Below, one piece after another: positions 41,040-55,430 of a stretch of DNA of 64,000 nt. The notes under the pieces were generated by a model, which was not told where the DNA came from, searched no databases, and saw only the letters and a list, made by a program, of their open reading frames with translations. The stretch spans positions 12,834,001 through 12,898,000 of the forward strand of contig NC_092674.1 in NCBI RefSeq assembly GCF_964355755.1. The letters are read 5' to 3'. Each line of letters starts with the position of its first letter. Position 1 is the first letter of the stretch. This DNA comes from Antedon mediterranea. Its lineage: Eukaryota > Animalia > Echinodermata. The translations under genes and the position numbers were made by a program.

Positions 41040-42560
41040 ATTTTAAGTAAAACATTTCTCAAAATAAGTATTTTTAAGAATATTAAAATAGAATTGACTT
41101 CAATTCAAGCAAAAATAGTCTTGATAGGATATAGTATGATATTGACTTCTTATCTTAAGTACAACATTTCTCAAAATAAGTATTTTTAAAAATATTGCGA
41201 ATCTCAATTTAAGCAAAAATAGGCTTGATAAGATAGTATGATATTGACTTCTTATTTTAAGTAAAACATTTCTCAAAATAAGTATTTTAAAGAATATTGC
41301 GAATCTTGATTCAAGTAAAAATAGTCTTGATAAGATAGTATGATATTGACTTCTTATTTTAAGTAAAACATTTCTCAAAATCAGAATATTGCGAATCTGA
41401 ATTCAAGCAAAAATAGTCTTGATAGGATAGTATGATATTGACTTCTTATTTTAAGTAAAAAAAATTTCAAAATAAGTATTTTTAAAAATATTGCGAATCT
41501 CAATTTAAGCAAAAATAGTCTTGATAAGATAGTATGATATTGACTTCTTATTTTAAGTAAAACCTTTCTCGAAATAAGTATTTTTAAGAATATTGCGAAT
41601 CTTGATTCAAGTAAAAATAGTCTTGATAAGATAGTATGATATTGACTTCTTATTTTAAGTAAAACATTTCTCAAAATAAGTATTTTTAAAAATATTGCAA
41701 ATCTCAATTTAAGCAAAAATAGTCTTGATAAGATAGTATGATATTGACTTCTTATTTTAAGTAAAACATTTCTCAAAATAAGTATTTTTAAGAATATTGC
41801 GAAACCTAATTTAAGAAACTTTGTCTTACCTAGAAAAATATTTATTGTTTTAAGTAATTTTTAGAATTCATCAATCTTGATTTAAGAAAAATTATTCTTG
41901 ATAGGGATAAATATAATATTGATTTCTTATTTTAAGTAAAATACTTTTCAAATTAAGTATTTTCAAATCTTGTTTTAAGCAAAACTATTCTTAATAAGAA
42001 GAGAATGATATTGACTTCTTATTTTAAGTAAAATATTTCTTGTAATAAGCATTTTCAAGAATATTGCGAATCTTGATTCAAGTAAAAATAATCTTGATAA
42101 GGGTAGTGTGAAATTGACTTCTTATTTTAAGTAAAATATTTCTCAAAACAAGTATTTTCAAGACTATTGCGAAACCTAATTTAAGAAACTTTGTCTTACC
42201 TAGAAAAATATTTATTGTTTTAAGTAATTTTTATAATTCATCAATCTTGATTTAAGAAAAATTATTCTTGATAGGGATAAATATAATATAGATTTCTTAT
42301 TTTAAGTAAAATACTTTTCAAATAAAGTATTTTCAAATCTTGTTTTAAGCAAAACTATTCTTAATAAGAAGAGAATGATATTGACTTCTTATTTTAAGTA
42401 AAATATTTCTTGTAATAAGCATTTTCAAGAATATTGCAAAACTTAATTTAAGAAAATGTGTCTTTTCTAGAAAATTATTTCTTGTTTTAAGTAATTTTAA
42501 ATCTTGACAAGAAAAAAAATACTTATTTTAAGAATTTTTTCTTAAAACAAGATTTTTTTT
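41040..42560. repeat. About 102-bp AT-rich tandem array with a higher-order duplication of about 370 bp (EnSpm subterminal repeats)
   Basis: Unit ttttaagtaaaacatttctcaaaataagta...gatattgacttctta; the 34-aa periodicity of ORFs 41100..41378 and 41381..41776 reflects it. Confidence 0.92.
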
Positions 42561-43774
42561 TCTTGCTTAGAATTTCAAATTTTGCTGTGTATATATAGAT
42601 TGTATATTGTTTTCAATAAGCCGTGCGGAGGATTCAGATAATGTATCTTATAGTATTAACAGGGAAGAGTTAAATTACGTAATTTAACTCTTCCCTGGTA
42701 TTAAAGTGTAACACCGCAACTTTAAAATGTATATTGCTTATTATAAATTATTAACCTTTTAATCAACATTGGTAATAACCGTGCCTAATTTTAGACAACA
42801 ATCAGGCAAAGTGAAGTGAAGTTGAACTAATTCGCCTTTAAAATATCATATTTAAACTAAACTTTTTAAATATCTGATAATTAGAGCTGTGCGCGCGTGC
42901 AAATTATCAATAGAAATTAATATTTATTTACTACAGCTAACATTATGTTTCCTATTCGAGAAACGATGTTGTTATAGGGACCACACTAAGTAGTTTGTGT
43001 AACTTCACAGTAACGATATGTTGAAACATTATGTTCTTTTACATAGACCTTCAGATAGTTTTAGCATTGATATTATGTTACTGAGGTGTAGTAGTATGCG
43101 ACATACAATGTGGATTATTGAACATTTTAATGTATTGATGATGAAAATCATATTATTATTGTAACCGAATTGGTCATGATATACGATGATTTTAAATCAG
43201 TTATAAGGTATAGTAGTGTTATATTATTATTGTAACCGAATTAACATTTTTAAAGTTTTATAGAATACAAATACTGGTACGTAATGTCCCACACTTCACT
43301 ACAGTCTTAACCAAATCTTAGAATATCTCTTGCTAGATTAGTTGAATTAATATTATGAACATGCACAAGTACCTTAAATTGAATTCTACAATGAAAATGA
43401 TTCCAATGAAAACAAAAGTGGTCCTGCTCTAAAACGTAAAGACAACTCAAATACAAGTTCTTTAGTAAGATCTTGCTTGAAAGTATCCAGTGCTTTAAAA
43501 GACAACGAAGTAAACTATCTTTGATAACTGACTTCCCAATGTCAATATTAACCTTGACAAGGTACCGATGTTCCGAACCATAATTATGTGAGAGGTACGA
43601 CCGCCGTGCAGTTATCGACAGTACAGTCATCCTCGCTACAAATTACAGTATCTATAATATGACCCGCATTGTGGTTGGTTTATTTACCTATATTATTACC
43701 GGCACGCCCATTAAATTTGTTTAATCACACTGAATTATATAGCACCTGTTATTAATAATTTTTGTAACACTTAC

Positions 43775-43873
43775 ATTGTTTGGAAGATCCACTTTAGCAC
43801 CTGCCTTGATCAAAATAGTGCAAACGTCTGTGTGGCCCTCTTGTGCAGCCACATTTAAAGGTGACAATCCATT
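43775..43873 (-). CDS. Ankyrin-repeat exon E3 (99 nt, phase 0/0): NGLSPLNVAAQEGHTDVCTILIKAGAKVDLPNN
   Basis: ttattatttcag|AAT GGA TTG TCA CCT...CCA AAC AAT|gtaagt; open frame, paralogous to the other four exons. Confidence 0.92.
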
Positions 43874-43984
43874 CTGAAATAATAACACATCATGTTATAG
43901 AAGTAGTAGTAGTATAGTCTTCTACAAAAAGCTATTTAATATTGTACTGAAATCTTTTCGATGTGATCAAGTAAAACTAACTTA

Positions 43985-44650
43985 AAAGCCAGGTGAGGGC
44001 AAACAAATTCTATTGATCTTGCATTCCAATATCTATAGTTTCCCCTATGTTTCAAAATGTTTGTAATTTTATGTGTGTTACACGAGCTTGTTGAAAATAT
44101 GCACTTTATTATCAGTGGTGGATAGTTCAAATTACACAATAAAATCTCTATTCATTTGTACACAAATGTTGTAAATAGAGAGGCAATTTTAAAAAAAACT
44201 AAAAATAAACCATGTGGTAAAAAATGTTATCAGAGGACTAAATATAGATGATATTCATTTGTACACAAATGTTGTAAATAGAGAGGCAATTTAAAAAAAA
44301 AACTAAAAATAAACCATGTGGTAAAAAATGTTATCAGAGGACTAAATATATATAATACTTCATAGTTTTATTTTCATGCTGTAGCAAAAATTATCCACCG
44401 TATATCCACCATCTTTTTTCACCTTCTATGGAGCCGCCGGACATGTAATTAAACTAGGTTAAACTACTTTTAAGTAGTTAAACTACTGAAAAAAAGTCTT
44501 CCGGGTTTTTATAGCAGAATTTTGCCAAATTTTGTAATTGACCATTTTAAGTGAAATTCATGTTTTTTCGTCTTGATTTTTATTACAAATATTTGATTTA
44601 TGTACATTTAACCAGATATTATATTTAAAATTGATGCCTGTACCTAAGCT
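43985..44650. mobile_element. Possible Kolobok-like (TTAA-target) element; its right end matches 16836-17000 inverted
   Basis: gcctgtacctaagct|ttaa versus ttaa|agctcaggtacaggc at 16832. The left end is degenerate; internal tandem duplication of about 102 bp at 44150-44350. Confidence 0.35.
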
Positions 44651-47600
44651 TTAACTTAAATAAAGATTATTAACTGTTGATGTTTTCTTTAAGATAATGT
44701 ATTGTATATGCATGCATTTGTTTTGCTTGTATACTATTTTGTTATATAGTACGGTTATTTTGTACGTAGCATTTATATATTGCAAATTTGGTAAGAAATA
44801 GTGGTCCTTAATATGAAAGATGGTACTAGTTCTGCTACCAGTTATTTTGCTACAGTTACCAAAGAACCTATAGATACAGTGCACTGATTGGGTAATAGAA
44901 TACTGTAGTTTAATACGGTTAGTGTAATTTTGCGACGGTTGAAAACTTCAACCTTTAAGATTTTTTGTTGGAGACATTGATATACGCACTGTCATGGAAT
45001 TTTTAAAGTTAAAAAGCCCCAATTCATATATTATGATAAAGTGGTGTTTGCGTTTGAACTGTCAGTTACGACTAAAAATGTATCCAGGCCCCAAAATGTG
45101 TTCAGATAACACATTTTGACTGCTAAATTCTTAACTATTGGTTTTATTTTGCTGTTACTGGGAGAGGATACGTTTAAACAAAAAATGTTTTACCAAATCA
45201 TTTGAATACGTCGATTCATATCCATTTTATGTACCATTTTTATAAATTCGTGTTGCTCTGTAGGCTACATCACAATATATACAAAAACAGAAAAATAACC
45301 ATTAAAAAAATCATTCCCTAATATTTATTACTCTAAATGGTAAAAACTATTACGAAATCTATATGTATGAGGGGTGATGAACCGCTTCCTTGAACTTCAA
45401 AAATGAGATGGGTTGGGTCTTGCAAAATCAAATGTGTTTTGTTAGTAAAGTGATCTCTAATCAATCAAATTGAAAGTATACGTGAAGCATAATTAACAAT
45501 ACATTTGAGTTCCAACTTATCCTTACATGTGGTCCTGGTAAACCATGCAACAATGATAAAAGTGAGAATGACCGATTTATAAAAAAAAAAGTAGGCCTGA
45601 TGGGAGATTTGACTTCAAAATATTTAAGTCTATGTAAAAAGTAAAAACGTTGGGTATGGGCCTTAGTAATAATACTTATTGTCTTGCCATTTAAGATCTC
45701 TGGTGATTTATTTACAATGTCAATTCCAGAGGGGGTATTTCATATTGTAGGTGATTTACATTGTGTTATAAATGTCGAGTGTTTCACCTGCTTTGAAAGA
45801 AACAATACTGTAATTAGTTGAAAATGTAACCAAAATTGAGACCGTTTTACTTGACACGAAAACATGTGAACTCATAAAAAACGTACATAATCATATAATG
45901 TAGTACATTTTGAATGTTGACATAACATGATAAACATTAAACATGTTTTATTTATTATAATGCCATGTGTTCTCTACATGTCGATATAGTTAGGGTACGG
46001 ACAATTATCTTAGTATTACAGGGTAAATGAATACGTATTTGCAAAGAGCTAAAATTATGTTTTCGAGAATTGTTGTTTTTTTTAGACCACATTACTAAGT
46101 GGGTTTTTTTTCTCTTTTGTGGCGCAAACACCACTTTTATTCACATTCATATTATCTCATATTACATAATATCGTATTATTTAACTTGTAAATGTAGTTA
46201 CAGTTCATAAGTAACATTTTTACATATATGAATTATGTATTACTCCTTTTTTTTTCATTAATTACTACTAAGCGGTTGGTGTAACTTCACATTTATGATA
46301 TATTGAAACATTATATGTTAATTAGTCACCTTAATATGGACCTTTGCCATATACGATGATTTAAAATTCAGAGTTTTAGTATTCTAGTATTACAGTTGAA
46401 CCCCCATGAGCGGTCACCTCCCGAAAGCTGCCTCCCTTAACTGTCGCACTTTCGAAAAGCATGTTTGTTCTTCATCTAAATAGTGGACCATCTCACATGA
46501 GCGCCATCTCACGTGAGCGGCCGCGGACAATTTTGGTTACATTACATTAAAGAAACGCTCATCGTTAGATCTATGTATAGTAATGAGAAATATACAAACA
46601 ATGATGTTGTTGTGATGTCGTGGGTGAGTGTCAGGTGTGGCGGCGTTCATTCGAGGGAGGCATTTGTTGGTAACATTTTATAAGAAAATAAATTCCCTTA
46701 GATATGAACAAGTACAATACCGTGTTTGATATTATCAAGAAGTGATAACAGTAAACAATTTTATGAAAATGCCTGGTAAATAAATAGATATAACAGTAAA
46801 TGAATTATTCAACAAGTATAAGTATGTTTGTTTTATAATACAATATTGTGTGTATACATTTACGTGGCGGGGTGTTTATTAGAGGGTGGAGGTTGGATAT
46901 TCCAATGATGTTTTATTGGGGAGGAGGCGTTCATTCACAATAAATGCGGTATGCCTAATTGTTATAATCAATACATTATTTAGTTTAAAACAAAAATAAT
47001 GACATTTATCAGTGGGCTGTTTCGGTATAAATAAAACGTTTGAAACGGCTGGCAACATGTGCCAAAGCAATGGCGATACGGTAGGCCTACATGCAGAGTA
47101 CCAGAAGGTACCAGTTCCAGAAACGAATGAAACACAAATTTAATTAGGTAGGTTATTAATACAAGTATGGATGCAAACATAACAACGGACAATGATTAAT
47201 AGTTTCCCGAGGAATTATTAAATTAAACTAAAATGTGAACTCAATCATCACCGTGATGAGTTCGGGATATCCGCGTTAACGCACACAGTGTAACAAACAT
47301 CTTAAAATACGCACATACTCTCTGACGTAAAAAAAAATATATAATTATAGTACTGAATTAAATGTCTATTTTGTGTCATACAGTATTAAGTGCGAATAAC
47401 CAATAAATGTTAAAGTGTATGTTTCAAACCAATGCATTTTATTTGATTTTTTTCTAGTTTTCCAGTTAAGCACAATTGTGACATCTATAATTGTCTACAA
47501 ATGTCTATAAATTCCATTTCCTTTATTGTCTGACTTCCAATGGGTTTTTGGTTGAATTTGACAATTTATTTTTTCATTTTATAAGAGAAAACCTTATTTT

Positions 47601-47992
47601 TGACGAAAGAGATTAACTTTATTAAAACTACAAAATAACCTATTTAAAGTCTCATTTAATTAATCTTCATTTTTCATGTTTTTGGAGGACATACATCTTT
47701 AATATTAAGCATTTATTCGATTTTCTTCTATATATAAATTTACGTAAGGGCAAAATTCGGTACTTACTTCTAGAATTTTCACTCGATGGTATGTAAAGTT
47801 GGTTCGTACTTTCGGTACTGATTTTAACCGCCTGATGTAACCCTGTTTACTAATTAAATTGAGTTAGATAATTAGTTATTGACGATTAAAACGAATTTAG
47901 GTTCAACGATTTGCCCCAAATAGGGGTGTTTTCCGATCGTGGTATACACTGTCTAATGGATGTCCATCTTGAAAAATACCCGCCAAAAAAAT

Positions 47993-49133
47993 GCGAGGAG
48001 GCTTCGCATTTTTCTATCTCCTCCTACGATAATTGTTTTTAATAGCTGAAAACCGGTTGAACAGCTAGAGTACACCATCATAATGTTGAAGACAGGCCGA
48101 TTTTCTTTAAAAAATACTATTTTGATAGATTTAATATACGATTATACAAATGTATTGATTTGCGATGAATGGAACATCCCAATCTCTCAGTCTGCCAGAG
48201 TTTGGTTTAACACAAGTACTGTAGGTAAATTTATGAGCCCTTGGTTTAACACATACGGTAGGTAAATATATGGGCCCTTTGAGAATAAACTTGCAATACT
48301 TTGACAATACTGTAAATACCTATTAGGCCTAACTATTTTTCATTTGAATCGAACATTTCTTACTGTGAATATTCGTACTGTTAGATGTAATATAAAAATA
48401 TATACAAATAAACTTTATTACTGAGACTTTGGATAGGCTCTACTGTTAGATATACAAATAAACTTTATACTGACAGTTCCTTCTCAACGTTTGTATTAAT
48501 TAATAATTACCAAAAATATAAACGTCGTAGTGGTGTATCGTGACATGTACTTTAATATTTCAATCGATTATGACAGTGACAGTTTTAACAAAGTATTAAA
48601 TCGCAAATGTTTTAGGCCTACTGTATTTAGAGGTATATTATTTATAGGCCTATAAAACATGAACAAAATATTTCGTTACTCAGTGGATAAAGAATATATT
48701 TAAAAATTGTTCCTCTTTGTACCTATCCGCTTTCCCATCCCTCAACCCTAATGTTACATAGCGAGGAGGCTTCGCATTTTCCTATCTCCTCCTACGATAA
48801 TTGTTTTTAATAGCTGAAAACCGGTTGAACAGCTAGAGTACACCATCATAATGTTGAAGACAGGCCGATTTTCTTTAAAAAATACTATTTTGATAGATTG
48901 CTAGAGTACACCATCATAATGTTGAAGACAGGCCGATTTTCTTTAAAAAATACTATTTTGATAGATTTAATATACGATTATACAAATGTATTGATTTGCG
49001 ATGAATGGAACATCCCAATCTCTCAGTCTGCCAGAGTTTGGTTTAACACAAGTACTGTAGGTAAATTTATGAGCCCTTGGTTTAACACATACGGTAGGTA
49101 AAATATATGGGCCCTTTGAGAATAAACTTGCAA
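47993..49133 (+). repeat. Direct duplication (47993-48296 and 48761-49133) with an extra internal tandem copy of about 67 bp
   Basis: ORFs 48083..48265 and 48898..49101 give the same peptide; gctagagtacaccatc...gatagatt is repeated at 48832 and 48900. Confidence 0.9.
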
Positions 49134-50172
49134 TAGGTTCGGAAAATGTTAAAAACAAATTTCTATTATTTGAATCGGTAAACAGTTTCCATTTATTATA
49201 CATTGATAATGAAACATGAAATATTCCTATTTATGTCCCTCGAGGTTCATTACAATTTATATTTAGTAGTCCCACGGACTTCATCTTAGCCACTCCCCCG
49301 AGTGCTAAGGCCAAATTTATGATACCCTACTTTCTATGTAAGTTTAGTTACAGTTAGTTCTTGACGATAATACAACGAATTTAGGTTACACCCTTCGGCC
49401 GCGAAAACGTTTCTGTACAAATATGATACCAATTGGCTTTATTTCATTCAACAGCGACCATAATCTCGCCAATTACAGGATAGATAAACTATTTTATTAT
49501 TGATGTGCTTATAAATTAAGACTCATGTAAACAGCTTGATTACATCATTTTACAGACAAACGAAACTTTTTTAAACCTACTGTTTCAATAACTGAGTATA
49601 ATACTGTATACGTTTTCATAAGTAAGTGCATATACATTTTCGTGTTTTCATTGACGAGATTGTAATAGTAACTTCAGTAACTATTACAGTACTTATTTAT
49701 TATACGACACAAGACAATTGTATCTGACAGGTACGTACATTATTCTAAAAAATAAGTCTAGATAGATCCCTTAGGCGTCATAAATCACAGGCCAACAAAT
49801 CAGTACTCATGACAGAAATTCGACCCAGTTTGGTTCACACAAATGTTTACAGGAATTTCAACACCACAACCGATGATTTGCCCTAAATATTTAGGTAGAC
49901 TACAGTTTAATTTTTCACTGAATAGGAGCTTGAATTTCCGATTTCCATTTCGCAGAATGTCTAGGTCTATTTATTTAGTTTGGTTCTTATAATATATAAA
50001 TACAATCAACTTTATTACTGCGGTTCCATCACCACCACCACGTGCCGCCCAATTCCCGTACATACATTTCCATTTCTCCCTAATTTCTTTAATCCACATA
50101 AATTAATTGTCCTTTATGGAATCCAGTATTGGTTTTGTTGTCTCTATTTCTGAATACCCCAATTAGGGGGAC

Positions 50173-52480
50173 TGTTGAACCCACAAATGTAAAAACGCCC
50201 ACAAATGTGAAAACAACCACAAATGTGAAAACGCATCACCCACAAATGTGAAAACAACCACAAATGTGAAAACGCATCACCCACAAATGTGAAAACAACC
50301 ACAAATGTGAAAACGCATCAACCACAAATGTAATAAACAGCGCCCACAAATGTGAAAACGATCATCGCCCACAAATGTGATAACGCCCACAAATGTAAAA
50401 AAAAATGAGAATTTTTCGGCCACAAATGTAAAAAAAAAAAATCAGATGAAATTTAATGCTAGACTCAAACAATTTTGATCGAGGTACTACATTATATCAT
50501 GATTGTATTGAGTTGTTTCAATAATTGTTTGTTCACAATACGTCTGTTAGGGTCGTGGTTAACACGTTGGATTATTATAATTTGCTGCTCATGCGCGCGA
50601 TATTTGCACGTTAACTCGTTTGTTTAATGAACGTAATAGTTCAAGACGATATTTGTTATTTGCTGCGCGCGTGCACGATACTTCAAGGTCAAGGCCATGT
50701 TATATCATTGTTGCTTCTACTGTGTGGTTGTTGGCTTACTATTATGTACGTATAGTTATAAGTCGATGTTCGATATTTTTTTTTTGCGCGCACACGATAC
50801 AACAAGGTCAAGGTTAAATTGCTACTTGTATGTAGTGTGTGGTTATTAACTCGTTGGCTTACTGTTATGTACGTATAGTTCCAAGTCGATGCTCGATTCG
50901 ATGTTTTTTTTGCGCGCACACGATACAACAAGGTCAAGGTTAAATTGCTACTTGTATGTAGTGTGTGGTTATTAACTCGTTGGCTTACTGTTATGACTTC
51001 TAATGCTCATACAATTAGTGTTATAGGCATCTCCAATCAAGTGTAAGCCTACTATTAGTAGATAACATTATTTAATCGCATTGCAACTCCTCCTTAAATA
51101 TTTTGTTAGGTAATTCATGAAGCCAGTTTGTTCCTCATTAACAATACCGTTATACCTTGTACGTTGACTTATTTACTTATAATTATATTATACATAAAAT
51201 TTGTCGAATATACGTTTGATAGTAAATCAGTTAAATTGTAATGCATTCAATAGGTAATATTATTCTCCGTATATCTTTATAATTATCCGCTAAAAATAGA
51301 TATACAAATTAAACAATAAGCATCAGATTAAACCACGAATGTAAATAGTAGTAGGCCTATAGTAGGAAGTTTTGTCCATTAGTATAATTGTTATAGATTT
51401 CATAGTATGTTTTATAGAATACATGTTCGTGACAAGTTTGATACTATCGTATCGTGTATTATGTTTGGTTGGATATTGGTGTTACGGTATTATTCTATGT
51501 TACAATTTGTTTATCGCTCTAAAATAAAGAAATATTCTTTTATTAGTTGTTGTTGCTCTAGCTCTTGTATTATTATCTTGTGGTTATAGTTTTGTAAAAA
51601 AATTGAACATTAGGAACTACTGCAATAACTGAACGACGAGTATAGCATTGATCTTGTAGTATCGTGTACACCGAGCATCGACTTGGAGCTATAATACGTA
51701 CATAATACTAATATAGTAAGCCCAACTGCACTTCAAGCAGCAATGATATATGACCTTGTAGTATCGTGTACGCGCCCAAAAACATCGAATCGAGCATCGA
51801 CTTGGAACTATACGTACATAACAGTAAGCCAACGAGTTAATAACCACACACTACATACAAGTAGCAATTTAACCTTGACCTTGTTGTATCGTGTGCGCGC
51901 AAAAAAAAAAATATCGAACATCGACTTATAACTATATGTACATAATAGTAAGCCAACAACCACACAGTAGAAGCAACAATGATATAACATGGCCTTGACC
52001 TTGAAGTATCGTGCACGCGCGCAGCAAATAACAAATATCGTCTTGAACTATTACGTTCATTAAACAAACGAGTTAACGTGCAAATATCGCGCGCACGAGC
52101 AGCAAATGATAATAATCCAACGTGTTAACGACGACCCTAACAGACGTATCGTGAACAAACAACTCAATACAATCATGATATAATGTTTGTCTGAATCTAG
52201 CATTAAATTTGATCTGATTTTTTTACATTTGTGGGCGAAAAAGTCTCTCTTGTTTTTACATTTGTGGGCGTTATCACATTTGTGGGCGATGATCGTTTTC
52301 ACATTTGTGGGCGCTGTTTTCACATTTGTGGTTGATGCGTTTTCACATTTGTGGTTGTTTTCACATTTGTGGGTGATGCGTTTTCACATTTGTGGTTGTT
52401 TTCACATTTGTGGGTGATGCGTTTTCACATTTGTGGTTGTTTTCACATTTGTGGGCGTTTTCACATTTGTGGGTTCAACA
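50173..52480. mobile_element. Ginger-like foldback element, copy 2
   Basis: Same TGTTGAACCC...GGGTTCAACA termini; 5-bp TSD GGGAC; near-identical to the arms of copy 1 and to 25030-25560. Confidence 0.85.
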
Positions 52481-54199
52481 GGGACACTTCCGTTTTTGTT
52501 TAGTGTCCCAAAAAAGTCCCCGTCCGTGGATTCTACTGTATTCGAGAACCATCTGTGAGCACCCCTAGATGATACGCGAGCGAAGCGAGCGTGCCATCTA
52601 GTATTACTTAATTAACCGCTTTACGTCATACTGCATAGTAGGTATTAACTGTCCTTTTTAAATATAAATTTTCGACTTACATAGTGCAATGTACTTCATT
52701 TCTTGTGTTGTGTTAGGTAGCTAGAATTATGGATAGTTTGTCTTGACTGAAAGTTTAATATATTTTGAATTGTATGTTTTCGTATTAACATTTTTCTGTA
52801 ATTGTAGTATTGATTTTTTAAATTGATTCTTATGAGGGTTTACATTAACAATGATACTTCCTTATATTGTAATAGTATTGTCGTGGATGCGCTAAACTTC
52901 CAAATACCACAAACACACACAAGCCCATGATTAATAGCCTAAACATTTGTATACGTTTTCTTTGGTTTTTTATGTCCGTTTCAGATTGTTTTTGTCTTCC
53001 GATTAGTTCAATTAACGCGCAATTAGCTCAGGAGTCCTCATATTCCATTCGGAATAGTACTTCCTGTAAAAATGACAAGAATGTACTCATGGTTGTATTA
53101 TGGCGCCCTTCCTTATAGCTTTTAATCACATCTACTCCTATTACTACTGCAACCGTATTTGAAACATTTTTAAACATATTTTTGATTTGAAAATAACCGT
53201 TGAACAAAAGGTCATGTAGCTAGATCATTACGTAATCTTTAACACGCCCCTTAATTCATAGAACAACAGAGTCTATAACACTAGCTATAATCCGGTCCTG
53301 AGTTGTAGGTCCAACTTGTAAAGTTGTTTACCATGTCTTTCCACAATGAAATATAAAGTATATAGTTGAGAGTGTTTCGATGTTTCGGAAGCTTTACTGT
53401 ACTAGTGTTCATTCACAGTGCAAATAATTAAACAATATTGTAGATCCAGTTTGTACAGTAGAATATCACCTCACTGTAGAGCAGCATGTGTTTCACAATT
53501 GCTATCACTGCATCTCAAATATCTTGACCTGGAGAGGTTCGTCAGAATTCCGTTGAGCTGAACAATGTATAACAATAATAATAATATAAGCCACAACTTT
53601 TTTTAAAATGGAATTTCAAATAGAAATGGTAGTTTAGTCAGTATGTGCTCTATACATCAAGCCAAATGTATTTCAAATTAGCAATTGAAATGACAGGTAC
53701 CTATCGCTTGTATGTTAAAAACAGTGAAAACTCAAGAGGTAAATTCTGCAAAGAACACCTGACGTCACAGTAATTTACGGCGACGTTTGTACGGCGAGCG
53801 CGCGTGACGATACCGCGAATCTCCCAATTGGTCTGAAGTCAAATGTACATCCCTACTCCCAATATGTACATTCTTAATACGTTGTCAAAATATGGTCATC
53901 GGTAAAGTTATCATTTAATACTGATAGGGTTAGACTGGTGCTTTTTTCACAGAATTCACAATATCCTTTAATTTGCATCAGCTTAATATTATTATCACTT
54001 GACCAAAATCATCAAGTCATCAATATTATCTTGGAATTAGCATTAACCTTAAATAAGATAGATGATGATGATATCTGATACCTGATTTGTTTAGTAGATA
54101 GTAATTATTAAGTGGATGTGTAGGGGCATTCATATTGTTTCAACTTAATAACAGTTCTGTATCATCACTACGCGCAATAGGCGAGTGAATAGATAGTTA

Positions 54200-55430
54200 T
54201 AATTCAAATTCAATTCAATCCATCTATAAATTTTAGAACAAAGTCCATATCAGAACACATAACAATATTCTAATAAATAAATGTAAGTAAGTAAAAAAAT
54301 CTATACCACATGTCGCACATAATAATGCCGTCGGAAAACTGTCGGTTTTCAACTGGAGTGAAATAACATTATAATGGCTGTACTGATACGTAAAAGTATA
54401 CATGACATTATGTATACAGAAGTTCAATCCATTTTCTGTGCAACTTTGAATCTTTTAGAATTCGAGACAAAACACATGTTATTAAAGTATTAGGCCTACA
54501 GCTTTTTTTTCATTTTTTGTTTTGAAACAAAAAATTGATTTTCGAATGTACTCATAGAAGGAGGGAACATGGTTATCAACAAACATTGCACAAGCACTAC
54601 AGCTCCTTGAGGTTTTTAAAATCTTTCTAAATGCGTCCATCTTTTGGAGGGCATCTAAAGAGGGAGCAAGTAACACCATGTCGTCTGCATAACTTAAGTT
54701 GTTGAACTTTGTATTATTGAGCTCACAACCAAAATTACAATCACCAAGCATACTGTTTAAATTGTCAATGTAAACATTATATAACATAGGAGACATAACA
54801 CCTCCCTGTCTAACGCCTTTGGTAACTTTAAAACATGAAGACATAGAGTTACCCCATCTAACAAAAAATCATACCAAGATTTTAGAAGTCTAATAGCAAT
54901 AATGTTTGTATCTCTCATAATTAATTGCCTGTACAGTGACCAGTGATTAACTCGGTCGAACGCTTTACTCGCGTCGAGAAAACAAGTAAATATGGGTTCC
55001 CATTCCTATTATAATAATCCACTATCTGCTTAAAAACAAAAATACAAGTATCCGTTGAGTGTTGACTTTTTAAAGCCAACTGGTGATCCCCTGACATAAG
55101 GGTATCTCCACAATAATTGATTAACAATGTTTCAAATATTTTATATACAACATAAGCAAGCGCTATACTAGGCCTGTAATTATCAATACTCGTAATGTCA
55201 CCAGATTTACTTTTAATTATAGGCACCAGTACAACTCGTACCATTTCATCAGTGACATGGCCGTGAATACACATTAAAACATAAACTAAGTAAAGTAATA
55301 GCATGTTTTGAAGCATACTTCAAATGCTCTGCACTAAGCCCGTCAAATCCAGGGGATTTACCACTATTGAGCTTATTTATACTATCCAATATATTACTAT
55401 CAGTACAAATGTTATCATCAAAAGCAATTA
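54200..55430 (-). pseudogene. Degraded non-LTR retrotransposon RT fragment
   Basis: GKSPGFDGLSAEHL, DNYRP, GVRQGGVMSP and SYADD motifs (ORFs 54482..54844 and 54921..55316) with frameshifts; (ATTGA)n tail. Confidence 0.85.

Larger units (their letters stand above)
38208..42589. mobile_element. EnSpm/CACTA-type element relic (CACAG termini, 2-bp TA TSD)
   Basis: CACAGCAAAATT at 38208 and AATTTTGCTGTG ending 42589, each flanked by TA. Extensive subterminal repeats and spliced coding relics on both strands. Confidence 0.75.

Noticed and set aside
41100-41776. ORFs with 34-aa repeats (LRR/TPR-like periodicity)
   Set aside because: Translation of a 102-bp AT-rich tandem array within the EnSpm relic; no true ATG start or splice signals, and indels break the frame between units.
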